A stretch of DNA of 64,000 nt from positions 2,871 to 66,870 of IMG/VR virus record IMGVR_UViG_3300011336_000135. One strand, written 5' to 3'. Numbering within the stretch: the stretch's first letter is position 1; each line of letters opens with the position of its first letter. Positions 18,490-28,609 of this stretch are shown here, one piece after another. The notes under the pieces were generated by a model, which searched no databases, was not told the DNA's origin, and saw only the letters and a list, made by a program, of their open reading frames with translations. Source of the DNA: a virus. Taxonomy: Duplodnaviria; Caudoviricetes. A program made the position numbers and the translations under genes.

Positions 18490-20454
18490 TTAGCCTCCCA
18501 CCTTATTCAAACGCTCGTACAAACCAAGCAGACCGCCAACCCCACCCAGTAGGTCACTGAACATCGAAGTCGTCGGTGTTGTCGTGCTTGTCGAGACAGG
18601 CAGGCCCTGGATCATGCTCTGCTGGAACTTCAACTGCTCGTATGGGTACTTTTGCGCTTCTTGCCACTGAGCGAGTTGAGCGGCCACGTTTTCCTTCTCT
18701 ACCCCGCGCTGGACATCACCCGCCCGCATCTGAGCGGAAAGCCCTTCCAGCCCTGTTCCAAACTCTGCCTGAGCCAAGCCGCTCTGCGCCTGTGCCGCGC
18801 CAAGCTGCCCCTGAAGAGCTTTCAAGCCAAAGTCCGTGCCGTACTGTGCTTCACCGATCTTGCGGCGCTGATCTTCGTTGAACTGTGCCATCGCCTTGTC
18901 ATACGCAGTGGCGTAACCTTGACCCAGCACATCCGACTGCTTGCCCAACAGATTTCGACGCCCTTCAGCTTCCATGATGGCTTGACGGGAGCCACCGAAA
19001 GCACCGGCTTGTGCCAGTCTAGAAGCATCCATGTTCCGGGCGATATCAGACTGCCGAGTCAGTTCCCGAAGCTGCGGATCAAGCGCAGCCTGTAAGTACG
19101 GGTTCATGTACTGCTGGGCCTGCTGAGCGCCGAACGTCTCTCCTACTGGGGAGTAGGACATGCTGCCAAACTTACCGGCCACATCACCAGCAGTCTGCGT
19201 GGCTTGTCCCATCGCACCGGGTACTTGCAGGTTGCCGTAGTCACCAAGCGCTTGCTGCTGCAGAGGAGACAGTCCAGCGGTCAACGGACCCTTGTAGGCT
19301 TCATAGGGCTTCTCACTCAAACCCCATGCCTTGCTGAGATAGCCGCTCGGCCCAGCAATGTAGTCCCCGATGTAAGGAGACAGCCCACCTGTGAGGGTGC
19401 CGCCTGTGGCGGTATTGCCCGTTGCCCCACCAGTTTGGAAAGCAACCGCGCCACCACCGGCATAGCCAGCAATTCCACCGGGCGTGAACTTCTCAGGGTT
19501 GATACGGCGACCTTGCTTCTTGTTGCCTGTGCGGGCTTGCCGCACTCGGTCCATCATCTTGTAAAGCACTTTGGCTCCAGCATCAGAGTTCCCGTTACCA
19601 AGGTGTGAGACGACATCTGCAGGAATCACGAATTCTCCGTGGCTCAGTTTGGCAGGCTGCACACCGTCGATGTTACTCGGGATCTTGTCTGCCATACCAT
19701 CAGTTTGGCCCCTGAGATAGCGTGGAGGGTTGGTGCGCCCACCTTTTGCAAGGCCCATGAGCCCGCCTTCAGCAGCGGCGGTGTACCTTTCTGGTACGGG
19801 CAGTAGCTTAGTTACGTCAGATGCCGCCTGTTGGGCAGCGGGGGCAGCGGGGGCAGCGGTCGCCGGGGCGGCGGAAGCAACCGCAGGCGTTTCCGGTTTT
19901 GGCGCGAAGATTGACTTGGTTGGCGCAGGCGCAGCCGTAGGTACACCTCCGGTGTAGCTAAACGGGTCCATGCCCATCACGCGCTCACCATACGGGCGCT
20001 GCTGCACTGCAGCATTGAACTCGGGCGTGGTCGTCGGTGCCGTGTACGGTGTCTTGGTAACGGTGCCCTCCCAGGTCTTGGGGGCACGATCCTTGTTCAT
20101 CTGCTCATACAGCCCCATCAGCCCTGCGATTGCCGTGCCGTAGTCGGCGGTAGAGCCTTCACCGGAGAAGAGCTTTTTGATGAACTGCCCTGCTTTTTGA
20201 GCCGCAGTGCGGGCTAGCCCGGTTGGCGCAGTGGACCCAGACAGAAACGTGTCGATATCGCCGCCAGTATACGGAGTCCAAGTACCGTTCTTGAACGTGC
20301 CGAAATCCCCACCAGGGCTTTGGATCAGTCCGGTATCCGTGACAACATAGTCAGAAATGTTGCTATCGCCTGGAGCGAATATCCAATTGTCTTGGTATGT
20401 AGTATCACTATCAATCCAAGATTCCGTATCTGAATCCCAAACATAATCAGACAT
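18490..20454 (-). CDS. Putative internal virion / DNA pilot protein
   Basis: DGMADKIP...LSHGEFVIPADVVSHLGNG domain; MNPYLQAALD and AGAFGGSR motifs; Gly/Gln-rich C-terminus. Confidence 0.65.
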   Translation of the reverse strand: MSDYVWDSDTESWIDSDTTYQDNWIFAPGDSNISDYVVTDTGLIQSPGGDFGTFKNGTWTPYTGGDIDTFLSGSTAPTGLARTAAQKAGQFIKKLFSGEGSTADYGTAIAGLMGLYEQMNKDRAPKTWEGTVTKTPYTAPTTTPEFNAAVQQRPYGERVMGMDPFSYTGGVPTAAPAPTKSIFAPKPETPAVASAAPATAAPAAPAAQQAASDVTKLLPVPERYTAAAEGGLMGLAKGGRTNPPRYLRGQTDGMADKIPSNIDGVQPAKLSHGEFVIPADVVSHLGNGNSDAGAKVLYKMMDRVRQARTGNKKQGRRINPEKFTPGGIAGYAGGGAVAFQTGGATGNTATGGTLTGGLSPYIGDYIAGPSGYLSKAWGLSEKPYEAYKGPLTAGLSPLQQQALGDYGNLQVPGAMGQATQTAGDVAGKFGSMSYSPVGETFGAQQAQQYMNPYLQAALDPQLRELTRQSDIARNMDASRLAQAGAFGGSRQAIMEAEGRRNLLGKQSDVLGQGYATAYDKAMAQFNEDQRRKIGEAQYGTDFGLKALQGQLGAAQAQSGLAQAEFGTGLEGLSAQMRAGDVQRGVEKENVAAQLAQWQEAQKYPYEQLKFQQSMIQGLPVSTSTTTPTTSMFSDLLGGVGGLLGLYERLNKVGG

Positions 20455-20456
20455 TC

Positions 20457-23255
20457 TTAACTCCTACGGCTTGCGCCGATGATATTCAGCAGATCTTCGA
20501 TGGATGTCTCGTCGTCTCGACCAACCGAGAACATCTTCTCCAAGTCGTACAAGTCTTTCAACTGCGCGATGACCGGGTTGTACGTTGTGTACTGCGGGGC
20601 TGTCTGACCACGGTTCAACAAAGCAAGCAGCGCTTCCAGATCCAACGGCTTCGATTGTGCCGCAGGGGCAGGGCTAGGAGAAGGGGAAGGAGAAGGGGAA
20701 GGAGAAGGGGAAGGCGTTGGTGCCGCAGTGACTGTGGGCAACCCTTGACTCAAGTCCGGCTCAACAACTGTCGGCACATCCTCTAGCGGAATGACGGGCG
20801 TCTCGGGCAGCTTTGTGCCGGTTGTTTCAATAGTGGACGGCCCTTCAATTTCCCCAGGAGGCTGATACAAGTCCTGCACCACAGGCGCTTCTGGCAGTTC
20901 GTAGAGCGTCTGATCGGGCAAGTTGCCTGTAGCTTCATACCGCTGCGTCTCATCCTTGGGGAGCGCTGCTTCCGCATTGATGACGCTTTGAATGTAGTCC
21001 TGTACGTCTTGCTCAGTCGGCTGCACGGGCAGTTCTGGCAGTTCCGGCAGTTCCGGCAGTACCGGCAGTTCTGGCAGTACCGGCGCTTCCTTTTCGGCTG
21101 TGGTGACTACCTGCTGCGGGCCTTCCGGCATCACGTTGGCTTCTTGAAACAGCGCTTTCTCAAGGTCGGATATGGGCGCTGCCGTAGGCTCAGGGAATAG
21201 CTCGGGCAGAAGCTCTTCCAATCCAGCTTGCTGTAATTGTTGGACTACGTCAACCGGGGGAAGCTCGGTAACAGCGGGGGCCTCTGGCTCCGCCGTCAGC
21301 AACGGCTGGTCAAACTCGGGGAAGAGCGATGTCTCTTCTTCAGTATCAACATCCGCTTGCGCGACATCTGCGGCAGCTACCGGTTCATCTTCCCCTTCTG
21401 CTTTAAGCCCTCCAGGGGTTTTTGGCGCACCTTGGACAACCGCCTTAAATATGCCCTGAGGGGTCAGGTCGCCGCCCAATAATGACTGGATGCCCAGTTG
21501 CACAACAGGCGTCGGTAGCCCTGTTGCGTCGGTTACCCCACTAACAATCGAAGGGAGCAGGGCGCTGGCTACATCTATATCTTGCCCCGTAACGACGGAC
21601 TTGACCGCAGCAGAAGCAAGATCTTGTGCGCCTCTTACAATAGCGTCATTTACAGAGTCTGGGAACGCGTTACCGACAATTTCTTTTACGCCAGGGATTT
21701 GATAATCCGGGAGGTTAATCCCAGTAGATATAAGTCCTGGTAATACCGATTTTGCTGCGCCTTCTAGCACATCACCGAGGTCTTTGCCTTGTGCCAGTCC
21801 AATGCCTGCATTACCTACTGCGGAGCCAAGTGCGGCTACCTGTGCTGCGCTCAAACCAGCAGCGCCAGCGGAGGCAGCGACCGGAATACCGAGCGCACTT
21901 GCAATTGACCCGCCGAGCATTCCGCCAAGAGGTCCGACACCAAGGGCGAAAGTGGCTAAGGGCGCAAGGTCTATTGCTGCTTCTTGCAGCATGTCACCCA
22001 AATTGCCTACCTCTTGAAACTTACCTGTGCCGGTTACCTGTCCAGTCGTTGGGTCGATAACTTCGTAGGACTGACTGGGCGCGGTTTGCCCTTCTTGGTA
22101 ACGAAGCACCCGTTGTAATGGGCCTTGTTCAAAAGTATCACCTTGACCAGTGGACGCGAACTCCGGCTGATAGATCGTACCGCCAATGTTTTGGACGCCT
22201 TGAGACCAATCAAAACCTGCAGGGTTAAACGGAGCCGGGGTCGGCTCTGGCGTGGGGGTAGGCGCAACGATCTGCTGCAACTCTTCAACTGTTACAGGCT
22301 GTGCAGTAAACGGCCTGAAAAGATCAAGGTTGCCTTGGTCTTCGACCTGTTGTTCAGTTGCAAGCGAACGAATGTTTGATTGCTGAACACGCTCCCGCTC
22401 TTGTGCCTCAGCTACACGCGCGGCCTCTTGCCGCGCAGCTTCTTGCTCCGCCGCCACTCTAGCGTCTTCTTGTTGTTTGGCAACGCGAGCAGCCTCAACG
22501 CGAGCAGATTCTTGCTCCGAAGCTATACGAGCCTCTTCTTGCCTTGCTGCTTCTTGCCTTTCTGCTTCTAGCCTCTCTTCTCTTAGGCGATTAGCTTCAG
22601 CAATACGGCCAGCTTCCCTTGCTTCTGCTTCTTGCTGTGCCGCAATACGTGCCTGTTCCTCCGCTGCAGCTTTCTCTGCAGCAATCCTAGCAGCTTCTTG
22701 TTTTTCTGCCTCCAACCTAGAGGCTTCTGCTATTCTGTTTTTTTCTGCAAGTTCCGCAGCGATTCTGTCTGCCTCTGCTTTTTCAGCAGCCAAACGGTTG
22801 GCTTCGGCTACACGAGCGGCTTCGGCATCAGACAATCTTTGGTTGTACCCAGACAACCAGTTAGTGAAGTCTGTGGATACAGGCTCGTTATTTAGTTGGA
22901 AGCTAAAAGGCTCCGCTAATGCACGGATAGCTTCTTTGTCTCCCAGGGGACGCCAGTCTGTATAGCGATCCTCCCCGGTTACAGAATTTCTAAGAACCCC
23001 TCGTTCTTGATTGTCATTAGATACATCATTCCAAATCCAAGTCCATCGGCCTGGATCTACAGGAGCAGGGGTAACAACAGGAGCAGGGGCAACAACAGGT
23101 GCCGGTGTTGGCGTAGGGGTTGCAACAATCTGCTGCAGGTCTTGGATGGTTACTGGCTGTTCAGTAAAAGGCCCAAAGGTCCAGTCATCAGCGCCTTGAT
23201 CCTCGTACTCCGCCTCGGACGCGAGGCTGCGGATATTGGAGTTGAAACGTGCCAT
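20457..23255 (-). CDS. Low-complexity putative internal virion protein
   Basis: 932 aa; E/A/R coiled coil, Pro/Glu-rich tracts and an internal ~45-aa duplication; translationally coupled to its neighbours. Confidence 0.6.
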   Translation of the reverse strand: MARFNSNIRSLASEAEYEDQGADDWTFGPFTEQPVTIQDLQQIVATPTPTPAPVVAPAPVVTPAPVDPGRWTWIWNDVSNDNQERGVLRNSVTGEDRYTDWRPLGDKEAIRALAEPFSFQLNNEPVSTDFTNWLSGYNQRLSDAEAARVAEANRLAAEKAEADRIAAELAEKNRIAEASRLEAEKQEAARIAAEKAAAEEQARIAAQQEAEAREAGRIAEANRLREERLEAERQEAARQEEARIASEQESARVEAARVAKQQEDARVAAEQEAARQEAARVAEAQERERVQQSNIRSLATEQQVEDQGNLDLFRPFTAQPVTVEELQQIVAPTPTPEPTPAPFNPAGFDWSQGVQNIGGTIYQPEFASTGQGDTFEQGPLQRVLRYQEGQTAPSQSYEVIDPTTGQVTGTGKFQEVGNLGDMLQEAAIDLAPLATFALGVGPLGGMLGGSIASALGIPVAASAGAAGLSAAQVAALGSAVGNAGIGLAQGKDLGDVLEGAAKSVLPGLISTGINLPDYQIPGVKEIVGNAFPDSVNDAIVRGAQDLASAAVKSVVTGQDIDVASALLPSIVSGVTDATGLPTPVVQLGIQSLLGGDLTPQGIFKAVVQGAPKTPGGLKAEGEDEPVAAADVAQADVDTEEETSLFPEFDQPLLTAEPEAPAVTELPPVDVVQQLQQAGLEELLPELFPEPTAAPISDLEKALFQEANVMPEGPQQVVTTAEKEAPVLPELPVLPELPELPELPVQPTEQDVQDYIQSVINAEAALPKDETQRYEATGNLPDQTLYELPEAPVVQDLYQPPGEIEGPSTIETTGTKLPETPVIPLEDVPTVVEPDLSQGLPTVTAAPTPSPSPSPSPSPSPSPAPAAQSKPLDLEALLALLNRGQTAPQYTTYNPVIAQLKDLYDLEKMFSVGRDDETSIEDLLNIIGASRRS

Positions 23256-24625
23256 TACTGCGTCAAGTCGTAGAAGGTCAAAGATCCAATGGCCGCTCCG
23301 GCTGATCCAGACAGCACACGGATGCCCAGCGTATAGATATCGCTCGTGCCCGTCAAGGACGACCCCAACTGGAGATCCCAGTTGTACCCGGCAGGTTGGT
23401 TGATGGTCCCACCAGACTGGTTGGTGGACTTCACGTACTGGATATCAACAATGGTGCCCAGCGTCATGGCCGTGGCAGAGGTGTCCATCTCCACATTTGC
23501 ATCACTTGAGACCGCCGCCCAAGAGGCCGAGGTCAGCCCGGTACAGTTCTTAGCCAGCACCACCTCAAAGTCATCCCCTGTCGAGGTTGGCATCACGTTA
23601 AATTTGGCAGGCAGCACCACTGCGTTTAGCGCCGTGGAAGCAAGCCGGATGGAAACTAGCGGCACAAAGGTTGTGCTGATCGAAGTTCTGGCCGCAGTTC
23701 TACGGGCCACATGCTCAATGGATGTCTGCTCGTAGCCGCCCTCAGAAACCACCGAGGAGCAAATCTGCTTCAAGGACGAAGCACTTGCCGTTGCTGCGGT
23801 GTTGGTGATCTCGTAGCGAACCGGCAGGATCGCCGTGGTCATGTAAACAGAAGTGATGTCGTTTGCATTCTCAAACGTGTGACAGACGATGTACTCCCCG
23901 TTGATGATGAAGCCGCACCGCACTGAGCCAACGCCCAACCACTCAAAGTCCATCCAGAGAATCTGCGCTTTGGTCAGGTCAAGGGTATACCCTGAATCTC
24001 CAGTGCCGTTGAGCTTGTCGCCGTTCCAGTCGGCTTGGTTGACCGTCCGCGCATCGCTCACGGAGCCTGAGATGTAAGACCGAAGGACGAACGAGACGGT
24101 GCTGTCGTTTTGTTGAAGGAACACTCCGTTCTGGGTTCCGAAGTACCCCACCCGTTGACGCAAGCCTGTTTTGGGCGGGTTCATCACAAACGTAGCCAAG
24201 CACAACAACCCCTTGCCGGGTTGGTACGGCATGCACCTGTAAGTCTGCCTTACAACTTCAGAGCCACTTGAGGTGGTGACATCCAAACGAACCGAGGACT
24301 CATTGGGCAGGTACGTGGTTGAACCACCCGTGGCCGTGCTAGTGTCAAACTGATTGTCAATACCGTAGCGGTTCTGGGAGTCAAACAACGTGTAAGGGGC
24401 GCTTGTGCGTACGCGCCCAAAAGCATCGACGTTCGTCCCGCCAATGCTCACGGGGACTGCGTTTCCGGTGGTTGCCACAATCTGCCCCAGAAGGTTATCT
24501 AGTTGGTTGAAGTACAGCCGCAGGATATTGACTAAGTTGTCAAAATATACGCGGTCGTATTCCTCAGTTGGTTTGGGCAGAGAGGGCGCAACAAACCGCT
24601 TGATTATGCGGGCCCAAATACTCAT
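23255..24625 (-). CDS. Tail-associated structural protein
   Basis: N-terminal [12 protein letters not shown]...LRLYFNQLD module fused to a beta-rich domain ([23 protein letters not shown]). Confidence 0.65.
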   Translation of the reverse strand: MSIWARIIKRFVAPSLPKPTEEYDRVYFDNLVNILRLYFNQLDNLLGQIVATTGNAVPVSIGGTNVDAFGRVRTSAPYTLFDSQNRYGIDNQFDTSTATGGSTTYLPNESSVRLDVTTSSGSEVVRQTYRCMPYQPGKGLLCLATFVMNPPKTGLRQRVGYFGTQNGVFLQQNDSTVSFVLRSYISGSVSDARTVNQADWNGDKLNGTGDSGYTLDLTKAQILWMDFEWLGVGSVRCGFIINGEYIVCHTFENANDITSVYMTTAILPVRYEITNTAATASASSLKQICSSVVSEGGYEQTSIEHVARRTAARTSISTTFVPLVSIRLASTALNAVVLPAKFNVMPTSTGDDFEVVLAKNCTGLTSASWAAVSSDANVEMDTSATAMTLGTIVDIQYVKSTNQSGGTINQPAGYNWDLQLGSSLTGTSDIYTLGIRVLSGSAGAAIGSLTFYDLTQ

Positions 24626-26715
24626 CGCACGCCCGCACGGCCATCAGGCCTTATATCAATCCGACACGCACCGACCTGCCACTGAACCCCCAGCGTGTTA
24701 GATGCAACTTTCAAAGACATCTGCCTGCCGCGCACGCGGATATTTAGCTGCTGCGTAAACTGTTCCACAGGCACTGTGGCACTGCGAACTACAGCACCAG
24801 TGTCAGTACCGCCAACAGAAGCTGGGTTGTTATATCCTGAGCCAGAATTCTGGAGTGGCAGCAGCGTTAGGTTTGCCACAGGCGATCCAGTTGTAGAGCC
24901 CCTAAAAGTTATGTCTGGTAGAACCCGCCACACAAACCCATAGCGATCACCGTCATCAATGTCAAACTCCGCAGAAGTTATGTAGGCTTCAATTGGTAGC
25001 GTGGTGTCTGTAGTTGAGTCATCTACACCAACCTCATGATAAACAAGGTTGTTGGAATAAGTAGCAGCGGTCGGGGTAACTGCCACAGCGCTGGAATCAA
25101 TCCATGCAGTGCGCCCCATACTGCCGTAGTACCATATCTTTTCTAAGTAGTTGTACACCACATAACTGTCGATAACAGTGCTGTTTGCGGAGCAATAGAA
25201 CCACCAAATTTCATTGAACTGCTGGTTGGTTGACGCAAATACTTGCTGCGCTTGTGAAAAATTAAAATTGCCGAATACATGCTGACGCAAATCACAGCTT
25301 AGTGTGTTTATACGTCCATCATAAACGTAAAACTTTTCATCCGCCATCCAGAATGTAGCGCCTGCAGCGGTGATGGCGGCTCGGTCACTAATAATTGTTA
25401 CATTATCTGCGAGAAGCTGCGATTTCCAAACTTCAGGTGCACCAATATATTGCAACGAATACAAGGATGTGTCAGTCCAAACCAGTATTTCCTGCCGAAC
25501 TTGAGTTGCAGCGATGATTCTGGAGCCGTGGGAGAGTCTGACTTCACCTGCTTGGTTAGTGGCAGCGGGCACCCAATTGACCGCTGATTCGATATCAGAC
25601 CATCTAACAAGCATTGGGTCAACAACAGACGCCAGATACCCTTGGCACCCAAAAGCTAAGACAATACGCGATGTGTCAGACACAAGAAATAAGTCGGCTG
25701 TGGGAGGAACATCCGCAGCACCGGGCAAAGAAGATAGCGGTTGCCCACGCGGTGATATAAATACGGCCCCAGAACCCGCCCCGGTAGTATTTATGGCTAC
25801 CCCTCCAGGCGTTGCAGCCACTTGAAAACTTGCACCAGAAGCGTTAACTACGTAATACTCAACCCCTGGAGTAAGCCCAGTAGGCATGACCCCATCTGTA
25901 CGAAACGAAAGCGCCGTACCGTTTACAAGTGCAAGAGAGCTTGTAACCACAGCAGGGCTTGCAACTGTAATAGTGACAGGCGTATCTAAAACACCTAGAC
26001 TTGCGTCCCAATAGTAAATAGGCCCACTTTTTGGCCCGTACAACAAGTCTTCACCGAAATTTTGGTGGTTCCATATACGCAAATCAATTGATGACGATGC
26101 GCTTAAACCCCAAACGCCTGAACTCCAAGCCCCCGCGCCCCACCCTGTAAACGGTGTTTGTATGGCACCGCCAGAATTGACTAAATACGTAGCTATCGCC
26201 GTCCCACCCCCATTGGTAACGGTAGACGAAGCGTTTGCAGTGGTCGTAATAGTGTAACTATCACTATTAAGAACATTTATTTGGTATTCCCCAGCTATTG
26301 TCAACCCCCCAACAGTAGATGTGCTGTTGAATGTGACAAAATCGTTGTTTACCGCCCCATGTGCTACATCGGTAACTGTTACCGTGGAGGAGCCAGAAAT
26401 AGTGGAAAAGGGATTGGTAAGCGTGGCAGTAGAACGAATAGGGGTAATATCGTAGTAAAACCCACCAAGCATTACGTAGTATTTTAGGTTAGTACCTACG
26501 CCCAAATAAGCTGTGCTCGCCAGAGTGCTCCATGCCCACAAGGATCGAGCGACCCCTTCATAAGCATAGCTAGATATTCTTTGCCACCCTCCAATTTTTT
26601 CAGGTGTGCCTTGGCGGAATCTAATTTTGTCGCAAAAATACCACCCGTTTTCATTTAACAAACGAGTGTTCTCTTGATTTACGCCAGGCCTAAACAGAAG
26701 TTTTTTCAGTGGCAT
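24622..26715 (-). CDS. Tail nozzle / DNA stabilization protein (P22 gp10-like)
   Basis: Start MPLKKLLFRPGVNQENT at 26715 (not the ORF-track 26853); beta-propeller-like sequence (VRWSD, WTDTSLY, EIWWFY, RTAWID). Confidence 0.75.
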   Translation of the reverse strand: MPLKKLLFRPGVNQENTRLLNENGWYFCDKIRFRQGTPEKIGGWQRISSYAYEGVARSLWAWSTLASTAYLGVGTNLKYYVMLGGFYYDITPIRSTATLTNPFSTISGSSTVTVTDVAHGAVNNDFVTFNSTSTVGGLTIAGEYQINVLNSDSYTITTTANASSTVTNGGGTAIATYLVNSGGAIQTPFTGWGAGAWSSGVWGLSASSSIDLRIWNHQNFGEDLLYGPKSGPIYYWDASLGVLDTPVTITVASPAVVTSSLALVNGTALSFRTDGVMPTGLTPGVEYYVVNASGASFQVAATPGGVAINTTGAGSGAVFISPRGQPLSSLPGAADVPPTADLFLVSDTSRIVLAFGCQGYLASVVDPMLVRWSDIESAVNWVPAATNQAGEVRLSHGSRIIAATQVRQEILVWTDTSLYSLQYIGAPEVWKSQLLADNVTIISDRAAITAAGATFWMADEKFYVYDGRINTLSCDLRQHVFGNFNFSQAQQVFASTNQQFNEIWWFYCSANSTVIDSYVVYNYLEKIWYYGSMGRTAWIDSSAVAVTPTAATYSNNLVYHEVGVDDSTTDTTLPIEAYITSAEFDIDDGDRYGFVWRVLPDITFRGSTTGSPVANLTLLPLQNSGSGYNNPASVGGTDTGAVVRSATVPVEQFTQQLNIRVRGRQMSLKVASNTLGVQWQVGACRIDIRPDGRAGVR

Positions 26716-26734
26716 GATTACCCCTGCGGCTACT

Positions 26735-26902
26735 TCACTGCTTCTTCTTGTCGTAGATCGACCAGCCCAAACCTGCGAGAGCGGAAACTCCAGAAATGAT
26801 AGCGTCCATCGTGCCGCCGTCCACACCGTACTTGACAGCAAAGCCCCCCGCAACAGCGGTGAGCAGGTGGCGGACCAGCGCTTGAATGATCGTAGCGTTC
26901 AT
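26735..26902 (-). CDS. Putative holin (55 aa), not in ORF track
   Basis: MNATIIQALVRHLLTAVAGGFAVKYG...ALAGLGWSIYDKKKQ: two hydrophobic segments and a basic C-tail, directly after the endolysin. Confidence 0.7.
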   Translation of the reverse strand: MNATIIQALVRHLLTAVAGGFAVKYGVDGGTMDAIISGVSALAGLGWSIYDKKKQ

Positions 26903-26906
26903 GTGT

Positions 26907-27380
26907 TTACTCCATCAAAGAGGCGATACGAGTCGCCCAGCCACGGGAAAAAGCAGGCCAGTTGGTCAAGCCTGCCATGAATCTGAGGCGTTGCCCCAGC
27001 ATACGCATCTTCAGCGCGTCGGGATTCGCTGCATTTGCAGCAGCCAAAGTCTTGGGCCCGATCACGCCGTCATCAACAACACCTAGCGCACGTTGGAGCC
27101 ACTTCACCGACTGCCCTGGACCTGAGTTCACCGCAGCATCAAAGACCACATACCGGACTGCAGCGGGTAGCTGCTCAGCCTTGATTGGGCTCCAGTAGCG
27201 CTCTCTGTAGATGCGTTTGGCAAGATCCAGCGGCAACTCGCGCATGTCTCCTCGGTAGCCTACTTCCCGCGCCACGGCTTCAGTGATTCCAAAACGGGTC
27301 TTCCCGCCTGGATCAGCCGCATGGTCGGAATACCCCCCCTCGTGCTTGAGGAGGGTATCGAAGGCTACGTCAAAGTTCAT
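26907..27380 (-). CDS. Endolysin, glycoside hydrolase family 108 with PG-binding C-terminus
   Basis: HEGGY, DPGGKTRFGIT, VFDAAVNSG, LQRALGVVDDGVIGPKT, GWATR. Confidence 0.92.
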   Translation of the reverse strand: MNFDVAFDTLLKHEGGYSDHAADPGGKTRFGITEAVAREVGYRGDMRELPLDLAKRIYRERYWSPIKAEQLPAAVRYVVFDAAVNSGPGQSVKWLQRALGVVDDGVIGPKTLAAANAANPDALKMRMLGQRLRFMAGLTNWPAFSRGWATRIASLME

Positions 27381-28594
27381 GAAGTAAACGCTTGGATAAC
27401 TGCAAAATTAAACACCGGCTGTTCCGTCGTGGTGCCCCCTGTCGTGGCGAAACTAATACGGAACGACCCCGCAGCCACGTTAGTCACATGCATCATGTAC
27501 AGATCTGTACCTGATTTTTGGCTCAGGATGATTACGTCTGTGGCTGTAACTTTACTGTTGGTGACAGTAAAAGACTGCCAAGCTGTACTACCGGCAGCGC
27601 TAACGAGCGTGATTGCACCGCATACGGTGTTTAGTGTTACGCCCGTAGTGCGGGAAGTTGCTTGAGTTACAGCGCCGCCAGAGGTAGTCCCATAGCCTAG
27701 TTTGCGGCCTTGTACTGCGGCTGCTTGAATTTTGTCCGCGATAAATGAATCCGCCGTATCAAGACTATCCCATATAGTTGCGGTAGCCCCGACGGTTGTC
27801 GGGGTAAATGACTTAAGAATTACTGCACGAGTGGCTGAGATATTCGTATTTAAGTAATTAGTCGCCGCGTTCCAAACACCAGAAGCGTCCATGCCGGTAA
27901 GGGAATCGGTTGAGCCGTCACTTAAAACTCTGCTGAAATAAAACGCACCAACCCACCCGGAAGTAATTGCATTAGATGTGCGATTTATAAAAATTCTTGG
28001 GAAGCTGGAGCCAAGGGTTCCTGACGAATCCAACCTCAAAGAGTTTGCCGCTCCGCCGCCAGCAGTCGAAAGGCTTAAAAGGCTGGAGGGTGTTGTAGTG
28101 CCGATTCCCACACGGTTGTTTGTTGCATCGACCGCCAACGTGTCAGTATCAACTGTAAGGCTGCTAAAAGAAGCAATACCATTCAGGTTAGCGACCTTTA
28201 CAAAATCAGTACCCGCCCATGCAATAAGACATTCTTCCCCTGCTTGGACAGTGACACCTGCGGTAGGACCCGCGCCAACAATCTGGATGGAACCAGTACC
28301 GTCGTTAACAATTACATACGTTTTTGAGGCTGCAGGAACAGTAATAGTTCGAAGGTTAGCGCCGTTAGCGGCTGTCCACCTAATAATTTGATACTGCGAC
28401 GAAGTGCTACCCAATGCAGCATTGGTAGTCTTTGTTAGAGTGGCGTTTGCATCAACAGAAATAGTAATTGTTCCCGCAATTGCGGCATCAATGTACTGCG
28501 TGATGTAATCATTTACAGTGGTGCCCCAAGTCCCTTGGAGTTCACCAGAAGCGGGGAGAGCAAGGCCCAAAAGGTTGGTGTAGCTGGTAGGCAT
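27377..28594 (-). CDS. Tail fibre-like protein
   Basis: N-terminal LGLALPASGELQGTWG module; NNRVGIGTTTP fibre motif; C-terminal TQATSRTTGVTLN domain. Confidence 0.7.
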   Translation of the reverse strand: MPTSYTNLLGLALPASGELQGTWGTTVNDYITQYIDAAIAGTITISVDANATLTKTTNAALGSTSSQYQIIRWTAANGANLRTITVPAASKTYVIVNDGTGSIQIVGAGPTAGVTVQAGEECLIAWAGTDFVKVANLNGIASFSSLTVDTDTLAVDATNNRVGIGTTTPSSLLSLSTAGGGAANSLRLDSSGTLGSSFPRIFINRTSNAITSGWVGAFYFSRVLSDGSTDSLTGMDASGVWNAATNYLNTNISATRAVILKSFTPTTVGATATIWDSLDTADSFIADKIQAAAVQGRKLGYGTTSGGAVTQATSRTTGVTLNTVCGAITLVSAAGSTAWQSFTVTNSKVTATDVIILSQKSGTDLYMMHVTNVAAGSFRISFATTGGTTTEQPVFNFAVIQAFTS

Positions 28595-28609
28595 GGTTAC
28601 CTCAAACGG

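Noticed and set aside
20681-20715. GGAGAAGGGGAA tandem repeat
   Set aside because: Encodes a PSPSPS linker; ordinary low complexity.
26714-26853. ORF-track N-terminal extension of the nozzle gene (and similar extensions at 37909-38100, 39660-39707, 4086-4142)
   Set aside because: These extensions overlap better-supported genes (holin, paralog A, Zn-ribbon ORF) or a leader; the downstream ATGs have RBSs or coupling.
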